A stretch of 64,000 bases of DNA, from the NCBI GenBank assembly GCA_021463515.1, contig JAJTYZ010000114.1, positions 263 to 64,262 of the forward strand. Direction: 5' to 3'. The notes beneath the pieces were generated by a model. It was not told the origin of the DNA. It saw only the letters and a list, made by a program, of their open reading frames with translations, and searched no databases. A program made the translations under genes and the position numbers. Positions within the stretch are counted from its first letter, which is position 1. Every line of letters begins with the position of its first letter. Shown here piece by piece: positions 45,469 to 55,849 of this stretch. The stretch is from Chthoniobacterales bacterium. Its GTDB lineage: Bacteria; Verrucomicrobiota; Verrucomicrobiia; Chthoniobacterales; JACTMZ01.

Positions 45469-46071
45469 ATGATTAAAGGCCGTTGCAGTAAGGAAGAAAC
45501 ACGGGAACGCATACTGACAAAGGCGCAGGAGCTGTTCCGGCTCTATGGTTTTAGTAAGACAACGGTAGCTGACATTGCGGCAGATTTGAAAATGTCGTCG
45601 GCGAATGTTTACAAGTTTTTCCCTGCAAAAAGTGCCATCGTCGAGGCCTGTGCCGCTCGCGGGCTGGAGGCCATACGCCAAGAAGTGACGGCGATTATGA
45701 ACTCCGGTGGCAAAGCATCACTTCGCATCGAGAGAGTGGTGCTAGCCATTTATCACTACAACCGCCGCATGCTTCGCAATGAGCGTCAGATTTTCAAACT
45801 CGTGGCCACGGCCATAGATGAAGCATGGGCGTGCATTGATGACTTTCGTGAATTTTTACAATCCACCATGACGCGTCTGGTGCAGGATGGAATTAAAACA
45901 CGGGAATTTGCGCCGGGTAAGCCATCACAGATTGCGACATTGCTCCTCGATTCCCTAAGTGCCCCGCTTCGATCTCATTTGCATCCAGACTATGCTCCCG
46001 GCAAAAACCATGAAAAGCGAATACACGCCCAAATTCAATTTTTGATCAAAGCTCTGCAATTTTCTTCATGA
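45469..46071 (+). CDS. TetR/AcrR-family transcriptional repressor
   Basis: N-terminal HTH: TRERILTKAQELFRLYGFSKTTVADIAADLKMSSANVYKFF. Confidence 0.9.
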   Translation: MIKGRCSKEETRERILTKAQELFRLYGFSKTTVADIAADLKMSSANVYKFFPAKSAIVEACAARGLEAIRQEVTAIMNSGGKASLRIERVVLAIYHYNRRMLRNERQIFKLVATAIDEAWACIDDFREFLQSTMTRLVQDGIKTREFAPGKPSQIATLLLDSLSAPLRSHLHPDYAPGKNHEKRIHAQIQFLIKALQFSS

Positions 46072-47213
46072 ATACCACACGACTCCATTCCATCCTTTTT
46101 CTTGGTGCCGCTTTCGCCCTCGGCGGATGTGGCAAGCCTGAGACCCCCGCCGAACCGCCTAAAATGCCGCCACAGGAAGTTGGCGTGGTAAGTATCGCGC
46201 CCAAGACCATTGAAATTTTTACCGAACTCCCTGGGCGCACCACAGCCTTACGCGTCGCGGAAGTTCGTCCGCAAGTCAGTGGCGTCATTCTCAAACGCCT
46301 TTTTATCGAGGGCAATGATGTCAAAGAGGGCGAACAACTTTATCAAATTGACCCGGCAACTTATCAGGCAGCAGCTGACAGTGCCGCTGCCGCCTTATCG
46401 AAAGCCGAAGCTGCCGCAGACCTTGCAAAATTGGCCGTAGAACGGCGTAAAAAGCTTGCGGCTAATGATGTCATCAGCAAGGAAGCCTATGACGATGTGA
46501 TCGCGACCTTAAAGCAAGCCGATGCGGGAGTTGCGGTGGCAAAGGCTTCCTTAGAAACGGCAAAAATTGATCTCGAATATACGAAGGTGATGTCGCCAAT
46601 TTCGGGGCGCATTGGGCGTTCTTATGTCACCGAAGGTGCATTGGTCACCGCACGCCAGGCTAATCCTTTGGCAACCGTGCAGCAGCTTGATCCGATCTAT
46701 GTGGATGTGACGCAGTCGAGCACGGAGCTCCTGCGTTTGCAGCGCGAAGTTGCGAATGGACATATCAAGACCGCAGATAATGGCCACGCAACAGCGAGGT
46801 TGAGTTTTGAAGATGGCACACCTTATCCGCTTGATGGGAAAATCCAATTTTCGGAAGTAAGTGTGGATGCGGATACCGGCTCGGTAACACTTCGGGCGGT
46901 CTTCCCAAATCCCAAGGCTCAATTACTCCCAGGCATGTTTGTGCGGGCCAAAGTGAGCGAGGGCGTTCGTGAAAACGCGATTCTTGTGCCACAGCGCGGT
47001 GTCACTCGCAGTCCAAAAGGTGAACCGACCGCACTTATTGTGGGTGCCAACAACAAAGTTGAGCAACGCGTTCTCCAAGTAGATCGCACGGTGGGCGACC
47101 AATGGCTCGTCACGAAAGGTATCGAACCCGGCGATCGTGTGATCGTGGAAGGTCTGCAAAAAATCGCGCCCGGACGCGAAGTGAATCCCGTGGAAATGAC
47201 TTCGGAGAAATAA
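46068..47213 (+). CDS. RND efflux periplasmic adaptor (AcrA/MexA-type lipoprotein)
   Basis: Lipobox LGGCG. Also EVRPQVSGVI...EGQLLYQIDP, coiled-coil, YTKVMSPISGRIG. ATGA overlap with the TetR stop. Confidence 0.9.
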   Translation: MNTTRLHSILFLGAAFALGGCGKPETPAEPPKMPPQEVGVVSIAPKTIEIFTELPGRTTALRVAEVRPQVSGVILKRLFIEGNDVKEGEQLYQIDPATYQAAADSAAAALSKAEAAADLAKLAVERRKKLAANDVISKEAYDDVIATLKQADAGVAVAKASLETAKIDLEYTKVMSPISGRIGRSYVTEGALVTARQANPLATVQQLDPIYVDVTQSSTELLRLQREVANGHIKTADNGHATARLSFEDGTPYPLDGKIQFSEVSVDADTGSVTLRAVFPNPKAQLLPGMFVRAKVSEGVRENAILVPQRGVTRSPKGEPTALIVGANNKVEQRVLQVDRTVGDQWLVTKGIEPGDRVIVEGLQKIAPGREVNPVEMTSEK

Positions 47214-47216
47214 TTC

Positions 47217-50200
47217 ATGGTCAATTTTTTCATCAATCGTCCCATCTTTGCATGGGTCGTCGCCATCGTTATCATGCTTGCGGGATTACTCGCTCTACGC
47301 ACCCTGCCCGTCGCCCAATATCCGGCCATCGCACCACCGGCTGTATCCATCACCGCCAATTACCCGGGTGCGTCTGCCGAAACCATCCAAAGTTCCGTCG
47401 TTCAAGTCATCGAGCAACAAATGAACGGCGTGGACAACCTGATTTATTTTACATCGGAGAGCACCAAGGACGGTGCGATGAGAATTACGCTGACATTTCG
47501 TCAGGGCACCGATCCCGACGTGGCACAGGTACAAGTGCAAAACAAACTTTCCTTAGCCATTCCGCTCCTGCCTTTGGAAGTGCAACAACAAGGTATTCGT
47601 GTGGCGAAGTCGGTAAAAAACTTTCTCATGGTCGTCGCCTTTGTTTCGACCGACGAAAGCATGAGTGCCTATGACATCAGCGATTTCGTGGTGTCGCAGG
47701 TGCAAGACCCCATTAGCCGCACGCCCGGCGTGGGGGATTTTCAAGTCTTCGGATCGCAATATGCCATGCGCATCTGGCTCGATCCGGCAAAGCTCAATAA
47801 TTACAAACTCACACCGGTAGATGTTCGAACTGCCATTCAAAATCAAAACATTCAACTTGCCTCGGGAGAACTTGGCGGACTCCCGGCGATGGAAGGACAA
47901 GAACTCAATGCCACCATCATCGGCCCGACGCGATTTTCCACGCCGGAAGAATTCGGTGCCATTTTGCTGAAGGTCAAACCCGACGGTGGGCAAGTGCGTC
48001 TGCGCGATGTCGCCGACGTGCGACTCGGCGTAGAAAACTACGCGACATTTGGCCGTTACAATGGAAAGCCCGCTTCGGGCATGGCCATCCGCCTAGCCAC
48101 CGGAGCCAATGCGCTCGAAACTGCGGACAACGTACATGCAGCCATTGAGCGCCTACGGCCCCTCCTCCCTCCCGGACTTGAGGTTGTCTATCCCTTCGAC
48201 ACTACGCCCTTTGTTAAACTTTCCATCGCCGAAGTGATCAAAACGCTCTTCGAAGCGGTCCTTCTCGTTTTCTGCGTGATGTATCTTTTCCTGCAAAACA
48301 TCCGCGCAACCCTTATCCCCACCATCGCCATTCCCGTGGTGTTGCTTGGAACATTTGCGGTTCTTGCCGCAGCCGGATTCTCGATCAACACCCTCACGAT
48401 GTTTGCCATGGTACTCGCCATCGGATTACTCGTGGATGATGCCATTGTTGTCGTGGAAAATGTCGAACGCGTCATGAGCGAAGAAGGCCTCCCCGCCAAA
48501 GAAGCGACCATGAAATCCATGGAGCAAATCACCGGAGCACTCATCGGTATTGGAATGGTACTCTCCGCCGTGTTTATCCCCATGGCCTTTTTTGGCGGCT
48601 CCACGGGCGTGATTTACCGTCAGTTTTCCATCACCATTGTTTCCGCCATGGCACTCTCTGTCGTCGTGGCCCTCATCTTCACGCCCTCGCTTTGTGCGAC
48701 TATGCTGAAGCAAGTCAAAGCAGGGCATCATCTCGAAAAGCGTGGATTCTTCGGATGGTTTAATCGCAACTTTTCCGCAGGAACTCACAAATACGAGCGC
48801 ACTGTAGATCACATTCTACGACGGGCAAAACGATACTTTTTCATCTACATCCTGCTCATGGGTGGTCTGTGGTATTTGTTTTCGCATTTGCCCACATCAT
48901 TTCTACCGGAGGAAGATCAGGGCATTCTCTTCGTGCAGGTGACGACACCACCGGGAACCACCGCGCATAACACCGAAGACGTGATGGCAAAAGTGCGTGA
49001 CTATTTTCTTACGCAGGAAAAGGACAATGTGACTTCTGTCTTTTCCGTGGTAGGATTCAGCTATGGCGGACGCGGTCAGAACGCGGCGATGGCCTTTATC
49101 AAACTTAAACCTTGGGATGAACGCCCGGGTACTGAGAACCGCGTGCAGGCAATCGCCCAACGCGCCATGGGTGCCTTAATGCAATACCGCGAAGCGATGG
49201 CATTTGCCTTTGCGCCGCCCGCCGTAAGTGAACTTGGCAATGCCAGCGGATTCGACTTCCAACTCGTAGATAAAGCAGGTCTGGGTCACAACGCGCTAAT
49301 GCAGGCGAGGAATCAACTTCTCGGCATGGCGGCAAAAGACTCACGACTCGCCGGTGTTCGCCCCAACGGCCTTGATGACGAACCGCAGTACCACGTAAAC
49401 ATTGATCGCGAAAAAGCTTGGGCTCTTGGGCTCAATATCGCGGACGTCAACAGCACCCTCTCCGCCGCTTGGGCGTCCGCCTACGTGAACGACTTCATTG
49501 ATCGTGGCCGCGTCAAACGCGTCTTCATCCAAGGCCAAGCCGACTCGCGGATGCAGCCCGAGGATTTCAACCAATGGTTCGTGCGGAATAATGTCGGACA
49601 AATGGTGCCCTTTGCGGCCTTTTCCAGCGGAGAATGGGGTCATGGATCGCCACGCCTTGAACGTTTTAATGGGCACCCTTCCATGCAAATCTTAGGGCAA
49701 CCTGTTCAGGGAGAAAGCAGCGGCACGGCCATGAAAGCCATGGAAGAACTTGCCGCCAAAATGCCGACAGGCATTGGTTACGAATGGAGCGGGCTTTCCT
49801 ACGAAGAGTTAGCCGCAGGCAAGCAAGCGGGATTCCTCTACTTTGTATCCTTGCTCGTCGTCTTCCTGTGCCTCGCCGCGCTCTACGAAAGTTGGTCCAT
49901 CCCTGCTGCCGTGATGCTCTCCGTCCCTCTCGGCATCCTCGGTGCTGTCGGTGCCACTCTCGCACGTGGTCTTTCCAACGACGTATTTTTGCAAGTCGGA
50001 CTCCTCACCATCATTGGACTCTCGGCAAAAAACGCGATTCTCATCATTGAGTTTGCAAAAATGAATTACGATGACGGCATGAACCTTATTGACGCCGCAC
50101 TCCATGCGTCGCGTCAACGTTTGCGCCCCATTCTCATGACATCCATGGCCTTCATGCTCGGCGTGCTTCCTCTTGCCATCAGCACCGGGGCAGGTTCCGG

Positions 50201-50366
50201 CGGGCAAAACGCCATTGGCACAAGCGTGATCGGTGGCACCTTCACCTCGACATTTATCGGCGTTCTTTTCATCCCACTTTTCTTCGTTGTCATCCTGCGT
50301 ATTTTCCGCACAAAACCGGCACCGGAATTAAAATCAAAGCCTCGCGAACAGTCGGTTTCGGCTTAG
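47217..50366 (+). CDS. RND multidrug efflux permease (AcrB/MexB family)
   Basis: [23 protein letters not shown]..., 1049 aa, with typical motifs ([25 protein letters not shown]). Confidence 0.95.
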   Translation: MVNFFINRPIFAWVVAIVIMLAGLLALRTLPVAQYPAIAPPAVSITANYPGASAETIQSSVVQVIEQQMNGVDNLIYFTSESTKDGAMRITLTFRQGTDPDVAQVQVQNKLSLAIPLLPLEVQQQGIRVAKSVKNFLMVVAFVSTDESMSAYDISDFVVSQVQDPISRTPGVGDFQVFGSQYAMRIWLDPAKLNNYKLTPVDVRTAIQNQNIQLASGELGGLPAMEGQELNATIIGPTRFSTPEEFGAILLKVKPDGGQVRLRDVADVRLGVENYATFGRYNGKPASGMAIRLATGANALETADNVHAAIERLRPLLPPGLEVVYPFDTTPFVKLSIAEVIKTLFEAVLLVFCVMYLFLQNIRATLIPTIAIPVVLLGTFAVLAAAGFSINTLTMFAMVLAIGLLVDDAIVVVENVERVMSEEGLPAKEATMKSMEQITGALIGIGMVLSAVFIPMAFFGGSTGVIYRQFSITIVSAMALSVVVALIFTPSLCATMLKQVKAGHHLEKRGFFGWFNRNFSAGTHKYERTVDHILRRAKRYFFIYILLMGGLWYLFSHLPTSFLPEEDQGILFVQVTTPPGTTAHNTEDVMAKVRDYFLTQEKDNVTSVFSVVGFSYGGRGQNAAMAFIKLKPWDERPGTENRVQAIAQRAMGALMQYREAMAFAFAPPAVSELGNASGFDFQLVDKAGLGHNALMQARNQLLGMAAKDSRLAGVRPNGLDDEPQYHVNIDREKAWALGLNIADVNSTLSAAWASAYVNDFIDRGRVKRVFIQGQADSRMQPEDFNQWFVRNNVGQMVPFAAFSSGEWGHGSPRLERFNGHPSMQILGQPVQGESSGTAMKAMEELAAKMPTGIGYEWSGLSYEELAAGKQAGFLYFVSLLVVFLCLAALYESWSIPAAVMLSVPLGILGAVGATLARGLSNDVFLQVGLLTIIGLSAKNAILIIEFAKMNYDDGMNLIDAALHASRQRLRPILMTSMAFMLGVLPLAISTGAGSGGQNAIGTSVIGGTFTSTFIGVLFIPLFFVVILRIFRTKPAPELKSKPREQSVSA

Positions 50367-50375
50367 AATGATCCC

Positions 50376-51104
50376 ATGGCATCATCCGCAACCATCTCCC
50401 TTGTCACCGGTGCCAATAAAGGCATTGGTTTCGAGATTTGCCGTCAGCTTGGTAGGCTTGGCCACACCGTTCTTCTCGGCTCTCGCGATAAAATACGTGG
50501 CGAACACGCCGCCCAGCAACTTTGCAACGAAGGCCTCGATGTTCGCACTGTGCGAGTGGGCGCTACAGAACCCGACACATTTACGAAACTTTACGACTTC
50601 ATTGCGCAGGATTACGGCCACCTTGATATCCTCATCAATAATGCCGGCATTGGGCTGGATTGGGAGCTCACGGCGGATAGTGTTCCTTTGCAAATGATCC
50701 GTGACACATTTGAAACCAACTTCTTCAGCGTCATTGCTCTCACCCAAATCCTTCTGCCCCTCCTACGTAAAAGCATAGCCGGACGCATTGTGAATCAGTC
50801 CAGCATCCTCGGCTCCCTCACCCTCCACGCTACGCCGGGCTCCAAACTCGAGGGCGTCAAGCCTCTCGCCTACAACGCCAGCAAAGCCGCCCTTAACGCC
50901 TTTACCATTCACCTCGCTGCTGCGCTCAAAGATACCCCCATTAAAGTCAACTCCGCCCACCCGGGTTCTGTTCTCACCGACATGAATCCCGAAGGTCATC
51001 TCACGGTGGAAGAAGGTGCGAAAACGGCGGTTCAACTCGCGACTCTCCCGCCCGATGGCCCTACCGGTGGCTTCTTTCATCTTGGAAAATCTCTACCTTG
51101 GTAA
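50376..51104 (+). CDS. SDR-family oxidoreductase
   Basis: VTGANKGIGFEI (TGxxxGxG), NNAG, and the YNASKAALN catalytic YxxxK. Confidence 0.85.
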   Translation: MASSATISLVTGANKGIGFEICRQLGRLGHTVLLGSRDKIRGEHAAQQLCNEGLDVRTVRVGATEPDTFTKLYDFIAQDYGHLDILINNAGIGLDWELTADSVPLQMIRDTFETNFFSVIALTQILLPLLRKSIAGRIVNQSSILGSLTLHATPGSKLEGVKPLAYNASKAALNAFTIHLAAALKDTPIKVNSAHPGSVLTDMNPEGHLTVEEGAKTAVQLATLPPDGPTGGFFHLGKSLPW

Positions 51105-51347
51105 ATGAACCATACACAGGCTGCTGCGGACTGGGAGAAGCTCCGCACCTGGACAATGCCCTTTGGAAAATTCTCCGGTCGCAAGCTCTACAATCTCCCT
51201 GCCGAATATCTCTGTTGGTTTGAGCAAAAAGGCTGGCCTTCCGGCGACCTTGGGCGACTTCTCCAAATTGTCCTCGAAGCCAAGCGTCAGGGGGCCGATG
51301 ACGCCTTTAATTCCTTGCGGGGAAGTGGAGATAAGATTCGAAAATAA
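51105..51347 (+). CDS. DUF3820-family small protein
   Basis: MPFGKFSGRKLYNLPAEYLCWFEQKGWPSGDLGRLL matches the DUF3820 pattern. It starts 1 nt after the SDR stop. Confidence 0.7.
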   Translation: MNHTQAAADWEKLRTWTMPFGKFSGRKLYNLPAEYLCWFEQKGWPSGDLGRLLQIVLEAKRQGADDAFNSLRGSGDKIRK

Positions 51348-51362
51348 AAGGGGAATCTGCTG

Positions 51363-52844
51363 TCAGGCTTTCTCTTCGGAAGAGTGCTCCCCATGAAAAT
51401 TCGCAAACTTATCTTCGACAGGAGATTTATAGTTGTCTCCGCCTAGCCGTTTCCATTCCTTATAAAGAAGAAAAGTCGCCCAAAGCATAAAGAATGCAAA
51501 AAAGGACGACCATACGGGAATAAAACGATAATAGAAATCGCCCTTATCTATAAATAGCCTCTTCATCCCATCTAAGAAAAATCCCCCTAGGGCACTCGCA
51601 AATATCGCGACGATCGCCCCCACCATGGCATTGGCAGCGCAAAGTTGTCCGAATTTTTCATGCGGAAATATCCTCATAAGTAAGGGGAGTGTGGCCATGG
51701 AGTTTGCAGCAGAAAAGGGTAGATAAAAAATGGCCATCCCAAGGTAAATCCAGTAGGTCGTACTTGGAGTGAAATCTTTAAATAAGAAAATACATTTCAT
51801 GAGCGACGACGCCACAAAGGCGAACTGCGCGACAAACATGACGCGCAACGGGTTAAACTTATCCACCAACATTCCCATCGGAAACATAAGAAACACGCTC
51901 ATCAATCCAATAGACCCGCTAATCTGTCCCACTTCTCCAAGGGTTAACCCGATGGATAACACCATAAAAATCATAAAGACACCGAGTGCCCCAGACAGTC
52001 CTTGAAATGTTGTATAAAGGAATAAAAGGCGAAAGATACGTGCAGAAAAGCTTTCCTTAAAAAACTTCTTAACCGGTGCCAATGAAAGGCGTCGCTTTTT
52101 ATCCATCATCGGCTCCGGCGGTGGATATTCACCCTCTTTCACATTCAGAGACATGAGAGTAAATGCTGTTAAATAAAGAACCGCCGCACCTAAAAAAATG
52201 ACGGATGTATGGGAGGTCGCATATTTGAAAACAAAGAAATTAAAAAGTACACCGGCCAAGGAACCGACAACTTTGAAAAAACCTATAAACCGTCCCATGA
52301 ATTGCATGGGAACGACATCATTAAATAAATAATAAAAAACGGTGCTAACAAAGAGTTCAAACAGCCTAAATAGCGTGACGAAAACACAGATAAGGCCTAT
52401 AACAATCATGGACGCCGTCAAATCGGTATGCCAGTGACTGATGAACTTATACAGCCATTGCCCTATTTGATCTGCAAAGCCAAGGAGCGTCAGAAAGATA
52501 CTAATAAAAGGAGCCGAAAAAAGCAGAAAAGGAATACGCCGCCCCATCTTACTACGAAACCGATCACTGGCAGTACTGATGATCGGATTAAGGATAAAGT
52601 TCAGGGCGGAGGGGATCGTTGACATGACGAGTGCAATCACAAAGTTGGGAGCTTCGTGAGCTTTAAGAACCAGTGGCACAATCGCTGGCCACACGGCTTC
52701 CATGAGGGTAAAGCAGAAATCCCCTAAGAGCAGCCATGAGAAAAGAACGAAAACACCCCCTTTAGTATAAACTAAGGTTCCACAGCGATAAATGCCCGGT
52801 TCAGAGGAGGTGGTGCTTGGCGCAGGTGAGGCGGATTGTTGCAT
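51363..52844 (-). CDS. MFS-type transporter (12 TM segments)
   Basis: Polytopic, 493 aa, with an MFS-like DRFRSKMGRR loop after TM2. Noticeably lower GC than its neighbours. Confidence 0.7.
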   Translation of the reverse strand: MQQSASPAPSTTSSEPGIYRCGTLVYTKGGVFVLFSWLLLGDFCFTLMEAVWPAIVPLVLKAHEAPNFVIALVMSTIPSALNFILNPIISTASDRFRSKMGRRIPFLLFSAPFISIFLTLLGFADQIGQWLYKFISHWHTDLTASMIVIGLICVFVTLFRLFELFVSTVFYYLFNDVVPMQFMGRFIGFFKVVGSLAGVLFNFFVFKYATSHTSVIFLGAAVLYLTAFTLMSLNVKEGEYPPPEPMMDKKRRLSLAPVKKFFKESFSARIFRLLFLYTTFQGLSGALGVFMIFMVLSIGLTLGEVGQISGSIGLMSVFLMFPMGMLVDKFNPLRVMFVAQFAFVASSLMKCIFLFKDFTPSTTYWIYLGMAIFYLPFSAANSMATLPLLMRIFPHEKFGQLCAANAMVGAIVAIFASALGGFFLDGMKRLFIDKGDFYYRFIPVWSSFFAFFMLWATFLLYKEWKRLGGDNYKSPVEDKFANFHGEHSSEEKA

Positions 52845-52887
52845 TAAGTAACCATTCGGACCCGAATTACATCAACCCGGAATCTCC

Positions 52888-52908
52888 AAAGGCGAAAGCG
52901 TCGCCTTT
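52888..52908. terminator. Hairpin downstream of the thioesterase gene
   Basis: AAAGGCGA-aagcg-TCGCCTTT, an 8-bp stem. Poor T-tract on the minus strand. Confidence 0.3.
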
Positions 52909-52961
52909 TACAACAAGCATGGCAAGCTCTATCAAAAGATCATCCATGCCGTGAACTGGCA

Positions 52962-53360
52962 TCACGCAAAAGCATTTCGAATGGCACTCGTCAATCGCAC
53001 AGGCCTTCCCGTCGCTTTTTCGATGAGCACATGTACAGAACGCACGCGTGCGGCTATCCGCTGCGCCTCATTTCGAAATTCCACAAGGAAAGTCACGGAG
53101 GTTTCCCCCAAGCGCTCCACTTGGGCTTTGGCACTAAGCTTTTCTCCGGCGGCCATTGGTTCGAGAAAATTAGCCTCGGCCTGACGCACGGGAGCTGCAT
53201 GTGTCAAAGAAGCAAACCATGCCTCCCATCCCAGCGATGACGAACGAATCATTTCTTCAATCACGCCATGAGCCAGCGCGATCGCACGCGGGTAAAACAC
53301 CACCCCCGCAGGATCAGCATCTTCAAAGCGAATCAGCACGTTTTGCTCAAATGTGCGCAT
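52962..53360 (-). CDS. Hotdog-fold acyl-CoA thioesterase (YbgC / 4HBT family)
   Basis: IRFEDADPAGVVFYPRAIALAH, the N-terminal catalytic Asp context of 4HBT-type thioesterases. 132 aa. Confidence 0.75.
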   Translation of the reverse strand: MRTFEQNVLIRFEDADPAGVVFYPRAIALAHGVIEEMIRSSSLGWEAWFASLTHAAPVRQAEANFLEPMAAGEKLSAKAQVERLGETSVTFLVEFRNEAQRIAARVRSVHVLIEKATGRPVRLTSAIRNAFA

Positions 53361-53497
53361 GAACCTGCATTAAACCTCAACGCCATTTTTTTAGAACCTA
53401 AAAGAAACACCTCTCTCCCCCTGCACACCAAGACCGACCTCTCGCCATAACGAGGCTTGCACCATCACGCTTTGGCTTGGATATTTTCTCCGCACCG

Positions 53498-54658
53498 ATG
53501 AAACGCTCAAGGAATGACGAACCTCTCGCCAATAAAATTGCGGTGCGCCCCATTTCCAAAAATGCCCGCGAATTGACGCCAATCATCAAGACCTCAACAC
53601 CCCCTCCCGAGGCTTTGTCTCTGCCATCCACGGACGATATTCCACCCGTCAAACGCGAGGAGCGTTCCCGCATCTCCGCATCGCCCAAGAACGCCGACCT
53701 CTCGAACGTCAAACTCACTGCATCTTCAAAAAATCGGAAACGTCGCCGCCATAAGGCACCGCCTAAGAATCCGTTTGTTCTCATTTCACTTCTCTTCACC
53801 CTTTTCATCATCATGTTTTACGCCGGCTTTTTTTGGGAGTCTCTCAAATCAGCCATGCGGGCCTCTGCGGAAGCATTCATACCTATAAAACATGCTCAAC
53901 AAGACAAAGCCCTAAGCCTCATAGATGATCTGATGCAGGCAAAGCATGAAGACCGTTTCGACGAGGCGAAGGCTTCTGCGCGGGCCGCACGTCAGGCCGA
54001 TCCGCATATTCCGGGTGTTGAAATTGTGCTTGCGGAACTTGCTCTTGTGACTCAAAAACCCGCAGAAGTCGAAGCCGCCGCAGCCGAAGCACTCCGCCGC
54101 GGACAAAACCAAGCAGAAGCCAAACTACTTCTCGCGTTGGAAAAATGGATGACACGAGGCACAGGAACACGGTCCGCAGAATCCATGCTCGCGGCAAGGC
54201 AGCTCGCCAAAGAAGCCTCGGCGGAGGATATCTCCAATATGACCATCATGTATTTTCGCGGCGATATGGAGCGTTACTCCGGAGACAAATCCGAGGCTCA
54301 TAAATTTCTTTTAGGCTCCCTCTACCGCCAACGTCCGTGGCTGAGCAACACCATTCTCTCCGCCAAAATGCAGCTCGCGGCAGAAGATGCGAACGCCCAA
54401 TCCCAAGGTAAAAACAAAGCACCGAGCCCCATCGTCTCCACTCCCTCAAATGATGCCCTCCTAGCTTTACGAAAAGCCCTACAATCAGCCACGGATACTC
54501 ACCCACCCCTCGCCGCCCTTCGACGTGTGACGACAGATTGGCAGATGAAATTACTGCTCGACGATCGTGCCTTTGACATAGACGTACTTCCTCCCGCAGT
54601 TCGACAAGCAAAGACCGCTCCACTGCGTCCACTTCCCGGCATGAATGCCACAAACTAA
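53498..54658 (+). CDS. Single-pass membrane protein, paralog A (unknown function)
   Basis: The track start at 53477 is TTG; I trimmed to the ATG at 53498. Disordered basic N-terminus, one TM segment (FVLISLLFTLFIIMFYAGFFW) and a helical (TPR-like) C-domain. Paralogous to the next gene. Confidence 0.65.
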   Translation: MKRSRNDEPLANKIAVRPISKNARELTPIIKTSTPPPEALSLPSTDDIPPVKREERSRISASPKNADLSNVKLTASSKNRKRRRHKAPPKNPFVLISLLFTLFIIMFYAGFFWESLKSAMRASAEAFIPIKHAQQDKALSLIDDLMQAKHEDRFDEAKASARAARQADPHIPGVEIVLAELALVTQKPAEVEAAAAEALRRGQNQAEAKLLLALEKWMTRGTGTRSAESMLAARQLAKEASAEDISNMTIMYFRGDMERYSGDKSEAHKFLLGSLYRQRPWLSNTILSAKMQLAAEDANAQSQGKNKAPSPIVSTPSNDALLALRKALQSATDTHPPLAALRRVTTDWQMKLLLDDRAFDIDVLPPAVRQAKTAPLRPLPGMNATN

Positions 54659-54676
54659 GGCTCCTTCTTGTTAACC

Positions 54677-55849
54677 ATGCATTCATCACGACGCACGAAC
54701 AAACCACCTCAAAAAGTTCCGGTGCGTCCCATGGCAAAATCTCTCCGCAAAGTCGCCTCTGTAAATCCGCACGAACTTCCAGCGTGCCCTCAAGCCTCGG
54801 AAAAAACCCCAAACTCCGCTCATCCCTCCTCCACTCAAAACCGTCAGAAAGTTCTCACCTCCGCTTCGTTGAAACCTGCTGTTTTATCCCAGAAAAACCT
54901 CCTGACTCCCGAAGATGCCGAGCGTCAATTTGATGAAAAAAAACGCCTCACCGAGCAACACAGGCGCAACTTATGGATTACGGCATTTGCACTCCCCGCC
55001 CTCTTCGCGACAGCTTTCTACGCCGGGTTTTCATGGAAAACTTCAAAAAGGAATGACTCGCCGAACGCCTCGTCCGCCAGCACCGAAAATCAGACACAAG
55101 CCCTTCAACACATGGATGACGCCGTTCACGCGAAATACCACGACCGTTTCGATGAAGCTAAAACAGCGGCACAAGCAGCGCGTAATGCGGCCCCCGATAT
55201 CAGCGGTGTTGACGTCGTCTTTGCAGAAATCGCTTTAACAACCAATCACATTGACGCCATGAGGCAAGCGGCAAGGGCCTCCATGAAGCGCGGGCAAAAC
55301 CGTGGAGACGCGCTGATGTTTCTGGGATTAGAAAAGTGGATTCGACGCCGTTCTGTACGCAACCAATATAATGCCATTGTAGAAGCTAAAGCACTTATGA
55401 CACGGGCCTCGGAAGAAGATATGTCGAATATGATCATCATGTTTTTTCGCGGCGACATCGAAAGCAGTACGGGCGACAACGCGAAGGCTCAAAAATTTCT
55501 GCTCGGCTCGCTCTATCGTCAGCAACCTTGGGTCAGCGCCGCCATCATTTCCGCCAAAATGCAACTCGCAGAAAAAGAGGCACGCGAAGCCTCTCGCACC
55601 GGTGCCATTGACGCAGAAATTCCCGTTACCGACCTCGGACGTGCCTTTGTTGCGCTCCATCAAGCCCTGATTTCTCGTTCCAATTTGCAATCCCCACTCG
55701 CCGCCCTACGTCGCAGGGCCTCCGCATTGCAAATAAAAATGCTCCTCAACGATCAAGCCTTCGACCGCACCGCCCTCCCAAAATCCCTTCAAAAAGCCAA
55801 GACCGCCCCCCTCTTCAAGCTGCCGTGTACGGAAAATAAAAAGGGTTAG
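54677..55849 (+). CDS. Single-pass membrane protein, paralog B (unknown function)
   Basis: The track start at 54668 is TTG; I trimmed to the ATG at 54677. Same architecture as paralog A (LWITAFALPALFATAFYAGFSW TM). Shared blocks: HDRFDEAK, LEKW, SNM.IM.FRGD, KFLLGSLYRQ.PW, SAKMQLA, PLAALRR. Confidence 0.65.
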   Translation: MHSSRRTNKPPQKVPVRPMAKSLRKVASVNPHELPACPQASEKTPNSAHPSSTQNRQKVLTSASLKPAVLSQKNLLTPEDAERQFDEKKRLTEQHRRNLWITAFALPALFATAFYAGFSWKTSKRNDSPNASSASTENQTQALQHMDDAVHAKYHDRFDEAKTAAQAARNAAPDISGVDVVFAEIALTTNHIDAMRQAARASMKRGQNRGDALMFLGLEKWIRRRSVRNQYNAIVEAKALMTRASEEDMSNMIIMFFRGDIESSTGDNAKAQKFLLGSLYRQQPWVSAAIISAKMQLAEKEAREASRTGAIDAEIPVTDLGRAFVALHQALISRSNLQSPLAALRRRASALQIKMLLNDQAFDRTALPKSLQKAKTAPLFKLPCTENKKG

